DNA of 64,000 bases from the human T2T-CHM13v2.0 reference genome, Homo sapiens (GCF_009914755.1 NC_060934.1); one strand, 5' to 3'. Positions 21,790-37,059 are shown, counted from the stretch's first letter. Numbers and translations are program-made. Notes: generated by a model from the letters alone, not told the origin.

Positions 21790-24031
21790 CTAGGGGGCCA
21801 CACAGCTAAAAATGGTTTTGGAGAAAATCTGTATCAGAGCACACTGGACTTACTTAATAGTAACAGCTCCTGTGATCTCTGATGTTCTATGGGGGGTCAA
21901 AATACATGTTGACTTCTTGATCCCCTGGGACTCCAAATCCAAGCACCTGGGGAAACTACCAGGATTTTAGACATTCACCAGATGACATGAGCTAAATTAG
22001 AACCAGGCCAGCTGGGCACAGTGGCTCATGCCTGTAATCCAAACACCTTGGGAGGCTGAGACAGGAGGATGGCTTGATCTCAGGAGTTCAAGACCAGCCT
22101 GAGCAACATACTGGGACCCCATCTCTATAAAATATTTAAAAACTAGGCTGGGCACGGTGGTTCACACCTATAACCCCAGCACTTTGGGAGGCCCAGGTGG
22201 GCAGATCACTCAAGCTCAGGTGTTCGAGACCAGCCTGGGCAACATAGTGAAATCCTGTGTGTACAAAAAATACAAAACTTAGCTGGGCATAGTGGCATGT
22301 GCCTTTAGTCCCAGCTATTTGACAGACTGAGGCAGGAGGATAGCTTGAGCCCAGGAGTTCAAGGCTGCAGTGATCCATGATTGGGCCACTGTACTCCAGC
22401 CTGGATGACAGCAAGACCCTGTCTCAATCAATCAATCATCAATAAAGCAGAAACCCAGAAACCCAGCAGGGACCATGCTTCAATGCTCATTGGCAATAGA
22501 GTACGTAAGAGAATTATTTGGGACAAATCCTTTCCTCTAACCATGAAGGAAACTCACTTAAACACATCACCAAATGGAGCTGATGCTTTTCTAAAGTGAC
22601 CCTCCAGTTCGTGGATATTAAATTAGTTCCCTGTTCTCTTTGTAAATGCTGCAGTGGCAAGCTCCTGAACACTGAGTTTCTTTCCAACAAAGTATAAATC
22701 CAATTAAAAGATCATTATTACAAGAAATTTCTGCAGCAGGGTTCATTCTGCCAAGCATTCCACTAATTTACTCTTCTGCTCTTTGCCCAGAGAATACAGT
22801 TTGACAGTTTACTCCATTTCCCCAGCAGATCTTCTCTTAAGTAAATAAATCTAGAGACACAAGTTCACTGTTCCAGGAACAATCTAGGCAGCTGCAAATT
22901 TCTCTTGCCATGGCAGAACCACTTTGGCCATAAGTTTTCAACCTTGGTCTGAAAGGATTCCAAAACTCTTGACATTCTTTTCCATAATAAACCAGACCAT
23001 GTTTGGGTTTTCACTGCCACGCTGTCTTGCAAATAAATACACACAGTAGATTACCATTTAGCCAACAAAATGTCTGAGAGTTAAAAGAACTGACCTCACT
23101 GTTAGACAATTGCCAACCCCCACCCTTTATTTCATACTCTAATCATTTTTGCATATTAGGTTTATGTGTTCAAATGTGTTTTCATTTGAACAAAAAATTT
23201 TACAACTCAAAACACACTAATGTGGTCCAGGCCCACCTCCCCCACCACCTCATTTTATAGACTGGGAAGCAAAAATCCAGAAGATAGAATGACCTATCCA
23301 AGGTGATGCAGCTAATGAATCACTGGATGGACCCAATACTGGGACCTGTATGGGAGGTCAGCTGTCCTCACCAGGGCCATGTCTGCAGAATCCCAGGGCT
23401 CCTGGGAACATAGTTAGAAAACCGATGGGCCCTTCCATTCCATGGTCTCCTGGGCTAAGATCTCCCTTATATCATATGCCATGAAATACGTTAACAATTG
23501 ACACTATTACAGAAGAGCATGGAGTTTTCAGGGACGGGTCAGAAAGTATGCCAAGATGGAGCTGCTTTTTATAGCCATGGGTATTGGTTTTCTGGCTATG
23601 GTGCTCTAGATAAAGAGCAATTCCTTCTTGCCTTTTTGCTCACCTTCTGTCCCCATAAGTGGAATAGAAGATCCTTCTATCTGAGATACCTGCTCTCTAT
23701 CTGTCATAAGTTTTTATTTTCCCCAAAAATGTTGGTTTGAATTTTTCTAAGACTTCCTGACTGTCTTTCAAGTTTAAGGCTTTTGGCTATGGCACCCCAC
23801 CCTTTTCAAATCCATCTTGACTGATATCAGTATAGACAGATCTTGATGAGACAGCATTTGCAAACTCCACTCACCCAGTGGCATCTCTCTTTTCCAAGTC
23901 ACTATCCCCAGCCTCCAATATGACTGAGCAGACAGGGATAGCCCTTAGGCTGAGGGCACTTCTGCAACTCAGGGTCCCCTGCTCAGGGGACACACTAAGT
24001 AATGAATTCCTAAGCCATCTCAGCTCAGTTA

Positions 24032-24187
<156 letters not shown>

Positions 24188-24247
24188 TCACACCAGCACT
24201 TTGGGAGGACGAGGTGGGCAGATCACAAAGTCAGGAGTTCGAGATCA

Positions 24248-24493
<246 letters not shown>

Positions 24494-24825
24494 TTAGCTG
24501 GTCATGGTGGTATGGGCCTGTAGGCCCAGCTATTCAGGAGGCTGAGGTGGAAGGATCACTCGAGCCCAGGAAGCAGAAACTACAGTGAGCCGATATTGCG
24601 CCACTGCACTCCAGCCTGGGTGACAGAGCCAGACGCTGTCTCAAAAAAAAAAAAAAAAAAATCATAAAAAAAGAAAAGAGGCCGGGCACAGTGGCTCACG
24701 CCTATAATCCCAGCACTTTAGGAGGCTGAGGCAGCCAGATCACGAGGTCAGTTCAAAACCTGCCTGGCCAACATGGAATACAAAAATTAGCCGGGCATGG
24801 TGGCACGCACCTGTAATCCTAGCTA

Positions 24826-24970
<145 letters not shown>

Positions 24971-25572
24971 TTAACAACCAAGGTGGAAAGGGAAGCAGGT
25001 TAAAGTAAGTAAGTAAATAAATACATATATACATACATAAATAAATGTTACAACCAGTCCAGTAATATTAGAAGAAATAAATACTCTTTCTCAATAGCAA
25101 AGCAGGTTTACCTCTGAACTTAAGAATAAAGCAAAACCAAGATTTCCCAGCTGCCCAACTTCTGGTACCTGGATCCACAAAGTTGCAATATTCTTCTATC
25201 CCTTTTCATTGATAAAAGTTTCCATTTCAGACAGATTACACAAGAAAGCAGGACTGACATGAATAGGTGGAAAAAATGTCAGGCATGTTCTCCAGCAGCT
25301 TTACGATCTCTCCAGCTAGGGAAGACCTGCTTGTGATATTTGTTTGTTTCAATTTTATCATGCTGTTTTATTTTTGTTGTCATTGTTTACTTCAGCTGTA
25401 AAACATTTTTGCAATGAATAAAAGTTTTTGGTGTTTCATTTTGTTTTCTTAGCTCCTGGGCTCTTTACGTCATTTTAGATCTTCAAATTTTTTGCATGCA
25501 AAATACGTATTTTTCAGCAAATTTATTTTCAGACTACTCTGTCATTAGCTAATAATAATGGTTAATACTTCA

Positions 25573-25978
<406 letters not shown>

Positions 25979-26080
25979 TCAGGAGTTCAAGACCAGCCTG
26001 AACAATACGATGAAACCCTGTCTCTACTAAAATTACAAAAATTAGCCAGGCATGGTAGCACGTGCCTATAGTCTCAGCTA

Positions 26081-26188
<108 letters not shown>

Positions 26189-26226
26189 TCAAAAAAAAAA
26201 AAAAAAAAGGTTGGCGCGGTGGCTCA

Positions 26227-26580
<354 letters not shown>

Positions 26581-28062
26581 TCACAATAACCTACTGACGT
26601 GGTTAGTATTATTTCCACTTTGCAGACGAAGAAACTGAGGCACGGTAACTTACAAGCGTCCCAGCTAGAAAATGGGAAATCACGGCCCAAACCCAGGTAC
26701 TCCTGCTCCAGAGTACACGCTCTTTACCAAGGGCTCTACTGCCATTTTTAGCTTTTATATCTGCTGATCTTTATACTCACAGAGGCCAGAACACAACAGC
26801 CTTTAAGAGACCAAGAACAATCACACTTTGGGGAAAAAACAGAAAACTGTTAAGAGTCCAATCCATGCAGAAAAAAAAAAAAAAAAAGTCACATAAGACC
26901 AGGTGGAATCATCCAGCACACAAACACAATGTATATGCGTTTTCCATTTATGATTATGCTGTCCTATGTGGCTTCTGGCGTCAGTAAAAGCCATTATTTC
27001 AAGGATGGGTGAAGCATCACAGTGCAGATGGCTGGGGCTGGTTGCTTGCAGCTTATTTTATGATGCATTATTTATAGATGCTATGATGTCATATCTAACA
27101 GAGACCTTCTCCAGACATTAATTCCTTGGAAATCCATACTCAAAAGGCATCTGTAACACTCATCGGAGATGAATGCTCACAGCATGGATTTCTGCTGTTA
27201 ATTTGCAGGAAGGTCTGTGTAATCATCCTGCATAGACAATTTCTCCAAGTCAAATAATATTTTAGTAATATCTCACTATCCAGTTTCCTCAACAGCAGAG
27301 TCAACTTACATCCTCAGAAGGTTTGTCCTAAGTACTCCCCCAAACTCACAGACTATTAAACATTCGAGTCCAGGAAAAGGCAGAGATATTAACCCTAAAT
27401 TCCAAAGTGGTTTGGTACAACTCACATGCACAGGCGTGCACACACACACTGTACTCCTTTAAAATACTCTACTTTGTAATGAAGTTTCAAAGAAAGTACA
27501 CACCCCACAAAACTTATTTAAAACCTCTTGTCACCTATACCACATCAAGTGTAGTACATTTTTTAAAAAGTCCTCCCAATTTAGAATCAGAGAGTCATTT
27601 TGTTACAACTGGTGATCTGTGTAAGGCTCCAGAGAAACTGGGTCATGGAAACATGGTATCTAAATATTACTTAAGTGTTTATCGGCTCCAGTATCTAGCT
27701 GCTGAGAATAACTACCCCACCTGCATGCAATTCCCTTGCCAGAGAGATCTGATTGAACTGCAGTTAGCAGGAAATAACATCAAAAGTGAAAAAAGTTTTT
27801 CAATAATCATAGTAATAGCCAGCATCCAAGTCAGGAGCAGGAAAGCTGGTGGCAGAGGGTTGGCTCCACTCAGAAAGGGCATCGTGGCGTTTTCACACGA
27901 GGGTTCGGGACTCACAGAAAGCCAAGTGCTCCTACTGGCCCTTCCACAGTCACCTGTGCACCTCTGTGTCCTCACAGCACACTCTTCCCAGCCCCTGCCC
28001 CGCCCAGGGCCAAGGCGACAGGCAAACTGCGGACATGGAAAGGGGTGGGGGCGATTCCTTAC

Positions 28063-28069
28063 GTTCCAT
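28063..28069 (-). CDS. RGS10: RGS10 alternative first exon 1b, coding part (ATG GAA C, giving MEH-IHDSDG...)
   Basis: Minus strand reads CCAGAGC-ATGGAAC|GTAAGG: good Kozak (A at -3, G at +4), strong donor, phase 1 like exon 1a. Joining to exon 2 gives MEHIHDSD..., matching the recalled shorter RGS10 isoform. The 5' UTR extent cannot be determined. Confidence 0.85.
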
Positions 28070-28874
28070 GCTCTGGTGTCCACCTGAGAAGTTCCACGCA
28101 GACCAACAATCCACTGCCTTCCCAGAGACGCCTTGTGTGAGAAAGGCAGAGACTGGAGGGCTCCCGAGCACCCTTGGGTCCGAAGAAAAAACAAGCCTCA
28201 ACATCCTCTTTTAAGTGGACTAAACAACAGATGGCCACTGGTTTCCAGTTTCTACTAGAGGGAAGGAAATAAGAACGCCAAACTGTTATTTGTAGCCTCC
28301 CTAGACTCTCCACTTTCTAGGCAAAGTCCAGAAAAAAGAAAATGGCCCAGCAGCCCTAGCCCGAAAACAAAGACCCTGTCATCGATTTTCTCCACTTCCA
28401 GAAGCCCCTGTGTGTCCTCTGGGGCCTGACATTTCTGCGTAAAGCTGCCCTCCCCCTCCTACTCTGCCTCAATCTGTCCCGCACCCTCCCTCGAGGCAAA
28501 GTAAATGACTTTTTCCTCCAGGGTCAGTCAGGTGGATGGTGCATTTCTTGAAAGCAAGGGCTGAGTCTTCCTCAGGGTCAGCATGATGTCTGGCACTCAA
28601 GTATATATTTTATAGTGATAAACATTTTCTAAGGAATGAGCCAAGCCAGGCACCAGGCTAAGGGTAGAGGGCACAGAAAGGAGGACGGATAGCTATTAAA
28701 AATAGTTGAGGCCAGGCGTGGTGGCTCACGCCTGTAATCCCAGCACTTTGGGAGGCCGAGGCGGGCAGATCACCTGAGGTCGGGAGTTTGAGACCAGCCC
28801 GACCAATGTGGAGAAACCTAAAAATACAAAATTAGCCAGGCGTGGTGGTGCATGCGTGTAATCCCAGCTACTCA

Positions 28875-28979
<105 letters not shown>

Positions 28980-29009
28980 TCAAAAAAAAAAAAAAAAGAA
29001 AAAGAAAAG

Positions 29010-29190
29010 TTGACATTTACTGAGCACTTACTATATCCCATCGAAACTTTGCAGCAATACTTGCAAGCTAGTTTCCTCAAGGGCCCCATTTTACAGATCA
29101 GGAAACTGAGGCACAGAGACGATAAATAATTTGCTACAAAGAAGCAAGCAAGGAAGTGGATGAGCTGGGATGCAACCCCAGGTTGTCTGG
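29010..29190. mobile_element. MIR remnant (others at ~5470-5660, 19130-19270, 26520-26740, 32430-33180)
   Basis: MIR core CCCCATTTTACAGATCAGGAAACTGAGGCACAGAGA. Confidence 0.7.
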
Positions 29191-31144
29191 CTGGAGAGAA
29201 AAACACAGAGAAAGATGCCAGAAATGAAAGGTGGGGGCTATTTTCTCACAGAACTTAAAATGAATTGAGGAGAGGAGGCCAGGGGTTCCCAGGTGGCCGC
29301 CTGCCCACAGTGCCACGGGCTGGTAGGCGGTTTTCTTCACTAGTCCACAAATAAACGAGAAGGAAGACTAGGAAATATTTACCAAGTGAACTGTGCTGGT
29401 AGAGGAAGGACAGTCTTGGGTTGCTTGTTTTGCTTTTGCTTTGAAATAGATCACTATGTTTCTTTACGTGGGGCACAGTGCAGGACATACAAAAGGGAGT
29501 GTGGTGTAATAGTCTTCCTCACACCTCTGTCCCTCAGGTGCCCAGTGTCTCTCCCCAGGAGCGACAACCTCTACAAGATTCTGTGGATCAGGACAGCTCT
29601 TTACCTGAGATTATATCTTTCCTACTATTGGGGGTGTTAAAATGTCCTTTTCTGTGTGAAATGATAAAGGTGTTTGATGATGGCTTTGTTTGTTTCTAAT
29701 GTCCTGACTACAGAAAAGAAGGAAGGGAGGGAAGGAGGGAGGGAAGAAGGAAGGGAGGGAGGGAGTGGAGGAGAGAGGGATGGAGGAAGGGAGGAAAGTT
29801 GTCAGCTCCACATTCATTCTCTAAATATATTTTAGCAAAGTCGCTAAATGGTTGTTGTGTTTAGGTGGCCGTGGACTTGGGTCCAAGACTTGAGTTCTCT
29901 GCCCCTTCAGAAATGGGTGCCTCCGGACAAGTCCCTGCCTCTTAGTGGCCTCTGCAGCCCTTGAGGGAGAAACGAAATGGTTCCCTCCTGCTCAGACAAG
30001 CTGCTCTGTCAAGCATGGAGGGTGGGAGGCAGCGAGGCCTAGAAGGGTGGGTCTGTTGGAGCAGGGGGACCCAGGCTTTGGGACAGGACAAAGGACAGCT
30101 GGGGGAGCAAAGGCACAGAGGGAGTATTGTCCAGTCCCTCCAGGGGTAGAGTAGGGAGCAGGAAAAATGGGGCTGGGAAGGACTCAGTCAGATAAGGGGT
30201 CCCCCACCAGGCAGTGGGGCAGCAAGGTGGACCTGAGGGAGCTTAGCAGGGCTCTTGACAGATGGGAACTTGCTTGGAAGGGAAATTTGTCCCCACAAGT
30301 CTGCAAGGGACTGTCTCACTCCAGCGGATGCCGCCTGACAGCTCTTATCAAGGGGCCACTGCTGCTGCCTGCTGGGGCCCCCTCCGCTCCTGCTGCCACC
30401 CGCAGGCTGCTGCAGCAAAGAACTATCTGGGGGAAGCAGAAGAAACTTGGGGGCATAAATTTAGTGCAGTTTAAGCAACAGGTTCCCAGAGCCCAGCATC
30501 CGGGGACTCACTCCACCCAGGGAGGGAAGTGACTCAGTTCACCCAGGAAGCCCTAGGAAATGGCCACGCCAGGCATCTACATTTTCTAACCATGAAGAAA
30601 GGAGACATCACATCAAATACAAATCAGCCAACAGAGATAAAACACCGTGAGCACCTCACACCCACCAGGCTACGGGCTGCACTAGGTGGTGCCCAGAGCA
30701 GGTCCCAGAGGCTCAACTGGCTCATAAGCTGACCACACCTATAGAAAACAAGGCCCTTCGGCTGGCCCCTCTGTCCCCCCAGGCCTGGGCCAGTGATATT
30801 CTGCAGAGAAAGTTGTCCCAGCTGCCAAGGCTACCCTGCTGCCGAGTTGTTAAAACAAAGACATTAAATTGCTGTGCAAACTGTCATCTTTAAATAAAAC
30901 AAGCCCAGCCATAAACTTAAAACTGTTCCCAAGGCTTTAATCGGATCCTGTATGACAGGCCCGAGGGGACGGCCGAAACCTGCCCGGCAGGGTGGGAATT
31001 CCCCTGAGAGGTCACCCCTGGGTGCAGCTGCAGGGGTAGGGAGTCGGGTGGCTTCAGCTTGGCATCTCAGATGGGCATATTTCAGCTATCAACAATGCAA
31101 GGTTGATAACTGGGCAGGGTGAGTGGACAGAATCCCGTTGGGGG

Positions 31145-31308
31145 ACCCTCACATTTCACTGGCCTGAGAATTCTCTGGGGTGCTTGTCAAAGACAAGCCC
31201 CACCTACAGTCCCCAACACTGAATCAGTCTGGGCAAGGCCTGAGAAGCTGCACTTTATCAAAGCCCTCCTGAACCCACAGGACGGGTGGAACACACTTTG
31301 AGAAACCT
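31145..31308. mobile_element. MER5A-like DNA transposon remnant
   Basis: CTGAATCAGTCTGGG..GGCCTGAGAAGCTGCACTTT and terminal CACACTTTGAGAAAC. Confidence 0.55.
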
Positions 31309-32527
31309 CAGGAAGAATAAGGAAATCCCACTCTGAACCTTGGAAGGAGGGGTTAGGAACTCAAAATCCTCCGCGGAAAGACAGTGTCTCCAGTGAGATT
31401 TTGCTGAAAGGTAGGAAAAGTGTAAAATAGAAGGTACTGGGGGAGGCAGGACCACAGCCAGGTCCAAATCAGGGGTCCTGCAGGAGCAGCTCTGGCTTTT
31501 GTGGAGCCTGAAGTTTATACAATTTGAGGATCCTCTTTAAGAAAAATAATTCAAAATTACAAAAAAAAAAAAAAATTAAGTACAGGGTCCCAAAAATCAC
31601 TTGGCTGTCTTCTCAGTACCTCGGCCCACAGGCCCAAATGACCCCTTTCTCACTAGGCTTCTTCTTTTCACACGGCTGGGTGGTGATGACCAGTCAGGCA
31701 AGAACTTATGTTATTTTCCATAATGGGGAAAGACCCTACACCTACAAATTCCAAAGAAAATCAGGCTATTGGAGTGGAGGCATCCAGTACCAATCCATGA
31801 TGTTTAGTGGCTGATCTTCCTTCCTTCCTTCCTTTTTTCTTCCTTCCTCCCTTCCTTCCTTCTTTCCTTTTCTTTGGATCTCACTCTGTCACCCAGGGTG
31901 AAGTGCAGTGGCACGATCTAAGCTCACTGTAGCCTCAACCTCCCAGGCTCAAGCCATCCTCTCACTTCAGCCGTCTAAGGAGCTGGGACTACAGGCACGC
32001 ACCACCATGCCTGGCTAATTTTTTAATTTTTTTGTAGAGACGGGGTTTTGCCATGTTTCCCAGGCTTATCTGGAACTCCTGGGCTCAAGCAATCCTCCTG
32101 CCTCAGCCTCCCAAAGTGCTGGGATCACAGGTGTGAGCCACTGAGCCCGGCCTGAGACCGACCTTTCTGTCAGTGATGTAACCACATTTTATGAGGTTTA
32201 AAATTTGTTGCCCTGAAATAATTTGTTCCCTAAAACTGCCTTCAGCCTTTTTGGGGTGCAACCTGGCTACACGCAAAATCACCCCAAATCCATGTATCTC
32301 CCAGGATACAATGGTTCTATCTGTCAGTCTTCAACCCAAAAGCAATCTAAAGTAATAAGTAACGCGTACAGGGCTATTCATAGCAGCTCTATTTATAACA
32401 GGCAAAAGGGAGAAAAGCTACTAATTATTACACTTTTATTATGTGCCACACATTGTACTAGGGGCTTCATATGGTTTTGAGTATTTAATCCCATAACCCT
32501 ATGAAACCCACTTTGCAGGTGGAGAAA

Positions 32528-32717
32528 GGTGCTGGAACATCAGCTCTCCTGAGTCAAAATGAAGCCTTCATTTTTAGCTTTGTTGATTTTCATGATGTAA
32601 ATATCCCATCATAACTACTTTCAAGCTACCTATGGTTTACAACCAGTTTCCAAACTTTTTGAATATTTGGCAACTGGCTCTTGCAAGCCAGTTTGAGCCA
32701 GCTCCAGCACATCACTG
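32528..32717. mobile_element. hAT DNA transposon remnant, MER63-like
   Basis: Terminal inverted motifs GTGCTGGA ... TCCAGCAC(ATCACTG); internal GGCTCTTGCAAGCCAGTTTGAGCCAGCTCCAGCAC. Confidence 0.6.
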
Positions 32718-33219
32718 AAACGGAGGCACAGAGAGATCAAGTAATTTGCCCAGTGTTGCTGAATGACAGAGTCAAGGTTAGAACCAAGAGTTTAATTCGA
32801 GTCCAGGCTCTGAGCAGCGCTCCACAGGCCTGTGCCAACCATAGAGAATGGTTAACATTAACACCCACAAGGGAATTCTTTGACTCACATGCAACACAAA
32901 AAGGTTTACATGACCACTAACGCTAACGGAGCACTTAGTACTTGCCGGGCAACAATGTAAGATCATTACAACAACCCTATGAAATCCTACATATTAAATA
33001 CAATAATTTGCAAAACCTGATGGATGGAAGACAGGTTCCAATTAAGTACTTTAAAAGGCGAGTAGCTACTGTTATTCCCACTGTGCAGAACCTCATTCTG
33101 CAGAAAGGTCCCACGGCTGGTGAATATGGCGAAGGTGAGATTCGGATCCAGCCAGTCTGGTCCCAGTCTCTAAACCACAATGTCCCTCATAAAATACCAG
33201 GAGCAGAAAGGAAATGCAC

Positions 33220-35260
33220 CAACGCGTTGGGACTCTGAGCGCCAAGCAGAAGTGAATCTTGGCGTGGGAAGCCCGGCAAAGCCCCCGAACTTCAGAGTCA
33301 GGGGAACCTGGGTTTGAAAGCCTCCCCATCACCTGCGGAGTGTGACTGGGGCAAGTTACCTAACAGCGCCTGGCTTCCGCTCCCTCCTCACTCACCGGGT
33401 TGTCCTAGGGGTGAAGGGAGAGTTCACCCAACGCGGTGGACAAAGCCCTTGGCGCACCCAAAGGCCTGCACAGGTCGTAGCTATTGTGATGAGCAAAAGG
33501 GTGGAAGGACCGGAATCAAGGGCACGGCTCCACCTTCACCGTGGGGTCTTTGGCCTATCAAGTTGCCCGAGATCGTGGCTCAGGCTGGCCCAAAGTGACG
33601 GCCAAGGCGAATCCTTCGTAACGTCAGAACTTCGCTGGCTCGGACCGCAGAAGTGCCCTTCTCCATCCTGGGGTTCCGCCACCCTCGCGATCCCACCTTT
33701 TGGCTCCTCGCGGCAGAAGCGAAGGCCCCCGACGCCCCAGGCCCAGGGGCCCAGTCGGATGCCCGGGTCCAGCCGTGCTCCCCCGGGCGCTCGGCATCCT
33801 TCCACCCACGCCCGCAGCGGAGGCGGAGAGCGTCACGGAGGGAGAAGCCCGCGCGCCGTTCCGCTTTCGGAATCTGGAGCCCCATGTCACCTCCAAAGTT
33901 TGGAGATTTGGGGCGCTCCTTTTTCTCCCAGACCATCACTAAAAAGAAAACTGCGGCTGTTCCTCTTTCAGCCAAACTTCCTCCCCGGGGCTCCCGGAGG
34001 AGCTCTGCGCTCCCGTCGCGGCTGGGACCGCGAAGGTGCGGTACCCAGCGGGGAGAGGTGGTGCGGTCGGCCGGGGCTCCAGTCTGGGAGGTACCACCGA
34101 GCCGCGCCCGAGCACAAGAGGGAGGGCAGGAGGCCGGGCGGGCGAAACGGCGCCCCGACCCCGAGCCCGCGGGCCCCCGAAGCCGCTTACCTGACGGCGG
34201 CCGCTTCCTGCTCAGCCGGCTCACGGCGCGGTTGAACATCGCCGCGGGCGCCCGAGGAGGAAGAAGGAGCAGCCCGGCGGCGCGGCGGCTGAGCCGGAGG
34301 AAGGCGAGGAGGAGGAGGAGGGCGAGGAGGAGAAGGAGGAGGGCAAGGAGGAGGAGCGGGCTCAGCACCGCCCCGGAGCTCTAGGTCCCCGCCCGCCGCC
34401 CTCCTCCTAGCCAGGCGCCGCGTGGCGCGCTCAGTGCGCCCTGCCCGCCCCCGCTGGTGAGGACTCGCGGTTCCGCTCCGGGGTGCCCGGGCGGGGCAGG
34501 GCAGGGCAGCCCCGGGTGACCCCCGATCGCCCAGAGTCTGCCCCGCGCCTGGGATAAGGTGCACTGGCCCAGAGGGAGCCCGCGCCGCCGGGAACTTAGT
34601 AGCCCCGCGGAGGCGGTTAGCGCGTCCCGGGGTCCCTGGCCCTCGCCTGAGATGCCGCCCCGGCCCGCCCCGCCCAGCTTCAAGCTCCCGGGCCCATCGC
34701 GGTCTCCCGCCTTCTCCCTGTAGCCCCGGAGAAACTGGCACGGCGCCGCGGGCGCACCGCGCTTCGGGGCTCTCAGCGAGCCTTCGCAGGTGGCGGGCGG
34801 GGTCCCCTCCCGGGTCACAGGCTGGGAAGCCTAGGCCTCGCGGTTCTGCAGAGTCCGGGCGCGGCCCAGCCTGTGGCCTTTGCCTCCTCGTCACCAGGAT
34901 CCCCGCCTGCTGGGGCCTGGCTGCTCCTCGACTTCGTGGGCGCTGCGCCTTCCCGCCCCGCGAATGCGGGTGGGGCGTCCCCAGGGCCCGTGCGCTGAGC
35001 TAGCCGAGCCGCCGCGGGTGGGCGCCCTCTCCCCGGCCGTGCCGCGCGGGCGCCAGGACTCGGGGAGATCTGAGAGGATTCTGCAGGAACCCCCCGGTTC
35101 CTGCGCCGGGCGGTGCTCTGTCCCGCACACCGCGCTCTCGGGACACTTCTCTAACTTTGGGGACACGTGGGCACTGCCTCTGGCAGGGCCTTCAGGCTCC
35201 ACGACCCGGACCACTCAAGCCCCCACGGCGTCACCTGCTGGGCGCTGCGCGCTCTACGGT
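33220..35260. promoter_or_regulatory. RGS10: CpG island / GC-rich promoter of RGS10
   Basis: Very high GC and CpG density around exon 1a; GC boxes (e.g. CCCGCCCCGCCC ~34664-34675); no evident TATA box; (CTC)n-like tract at 34300-34357 at or near the presumed start site. Confidence 0.9.
34191..34239 (-). CDS. RGS10: RGS10 coding exon 1a (MFNRAVSRLSRKRPPS + first base of Asp)
   Basis: ATG at 34239-34237 in GCGGCG-ATG context; 49 nt (phase 1) ending at donor G|GTAAG (34190-34186); translation matches the recalled N-terminus of the 181-aa RGS10 isoform. Confidence 0.97.
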
Positions 35261-36431
35261 CTCCTATTATTTCATTTCTTCTATGGAGCAGCCCCAGAGG
35301 GGATGTCATTAGCCCCCATTTTCTTGAACATTTGGTTTGCAAGAAATTGTCTTTCTGGCGAGTTTTATTTTTCTCCTTGTGTATCTGGCTTTGTCTCTAA
35401 ATTGGTCTTTATTTTTAGCTGTACTAATTGCTATTTTTCCAAACCGTTCCCCAGTCGCCCTCCCCCCATCCCCCCGTCCTTTTGCAGTTTTTTTCACTAC
35501 TTGGCACTTTCTTTTGTATCTTCTATTCTGAGCTTCCAGTTCTGCTCACTTTCCCTCTCCCTCTACCCACCCCACAGCCCCAGTTGCACCCCAAGTGTGG
35601 CCGGTGGTTGCTTGTTGTTTCCCTCCCCGCTATTCCCCCTCCAAAAGTCGTTTTCCTCCGAGCATTTCCAAGCACTCTCCCCCTTCTGCTGCCAAAAGAG
35701 GATTTCCAGGCTCCTGAAGCGAACGCGGTGACCAAGAACAGGGTTAGACCCAGCGGGGGGAGTTCTGCTTTTAAAACTGCTGTTGTTGGCCTACTCCGGG
35801 CCCAGACAAACTTCCATCTCATTGTAATGGGATCAAGCTGTGATACTTAACTATAGGCAAGAGTTTCACCTTTCGTAAGAGCGGGATTTTAAATGCTGGC
35901 AGAGTCCTGGATCCAAGTGAGGTCACTGCGTTCTTAAAACAATAAGGGAATTGGTGCAACGCACTCACCCAGAAAACTTCCCCGAGACCAAATTACAAGT
36001 AATCCTAAGACAGGAAATAAGCACACTGGCACACAGGGGTAAAAGTTAGGCACAGCAGCTCAGTGTTTTGCTAGTTGCCAAGTCCACCCTAGCGTGTCCT
36101 GAAAAACACTGGTGTGGCTTAAGACATGCTATGAATCCCTCCTGAGCTAAGAACCCCAGGCATCTCTTAAATAAAGGGAAAATATAACAGCCTTAAATCA
36201 CTTTTACTGTCCTGTTAGCACATCAGAGAGTAAGTACAAAAATTAAGATGCATAGTTAGGGCCAGGCGCTGTGGCTCACGTCTGTAATCCCAGCACTTTG
36301 GGAGGCAGAGGCAGGCGGATTACCTGAGGTCAGGAGTTCAAGACCAGCCTGGCTAACATGGTGAAGCCCCATCTGTACTAAAAATACAAAAATTAGCCAG
36401 GCCTGGTGGCAGGTGCCTGTAATCCCAGCTA

Positions 36432-36902
<471 letters not shown>

Positions 36903-37059
36903 TTAAGTGCACAGTTTAAAATTTTTGCCTGGGACATTGAAATTGCTATAAATACCTGTTTTAAGTGTCTGAAGGTTCAAAAGCCAGTTTTCAAAGTGTA
37001 TTGTGCAAAAGACCACGTATAAAAGTATAAAGCCTCCTAACTCCTAAAACTTGCCAAAT

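Noticed and set aside
27304-27312. Minus-strand donor-like GAT|GTAAGT in intron 1
   Set aside because: No matching acceptor or coding frame could be supported.
27407-28087. 226-aa plus-strand ORF antisense to exon 1b
   Set aside because: GTG start, no recognisable domain or homology; treated as a chance ORF.
33342-35731. Several 200-300 aa Arg/Pro/Gly-rich ORFs on both strands
   Set aside because: Expected in a GC-rich CpG island; only 34191-34239 has splice and homology support.
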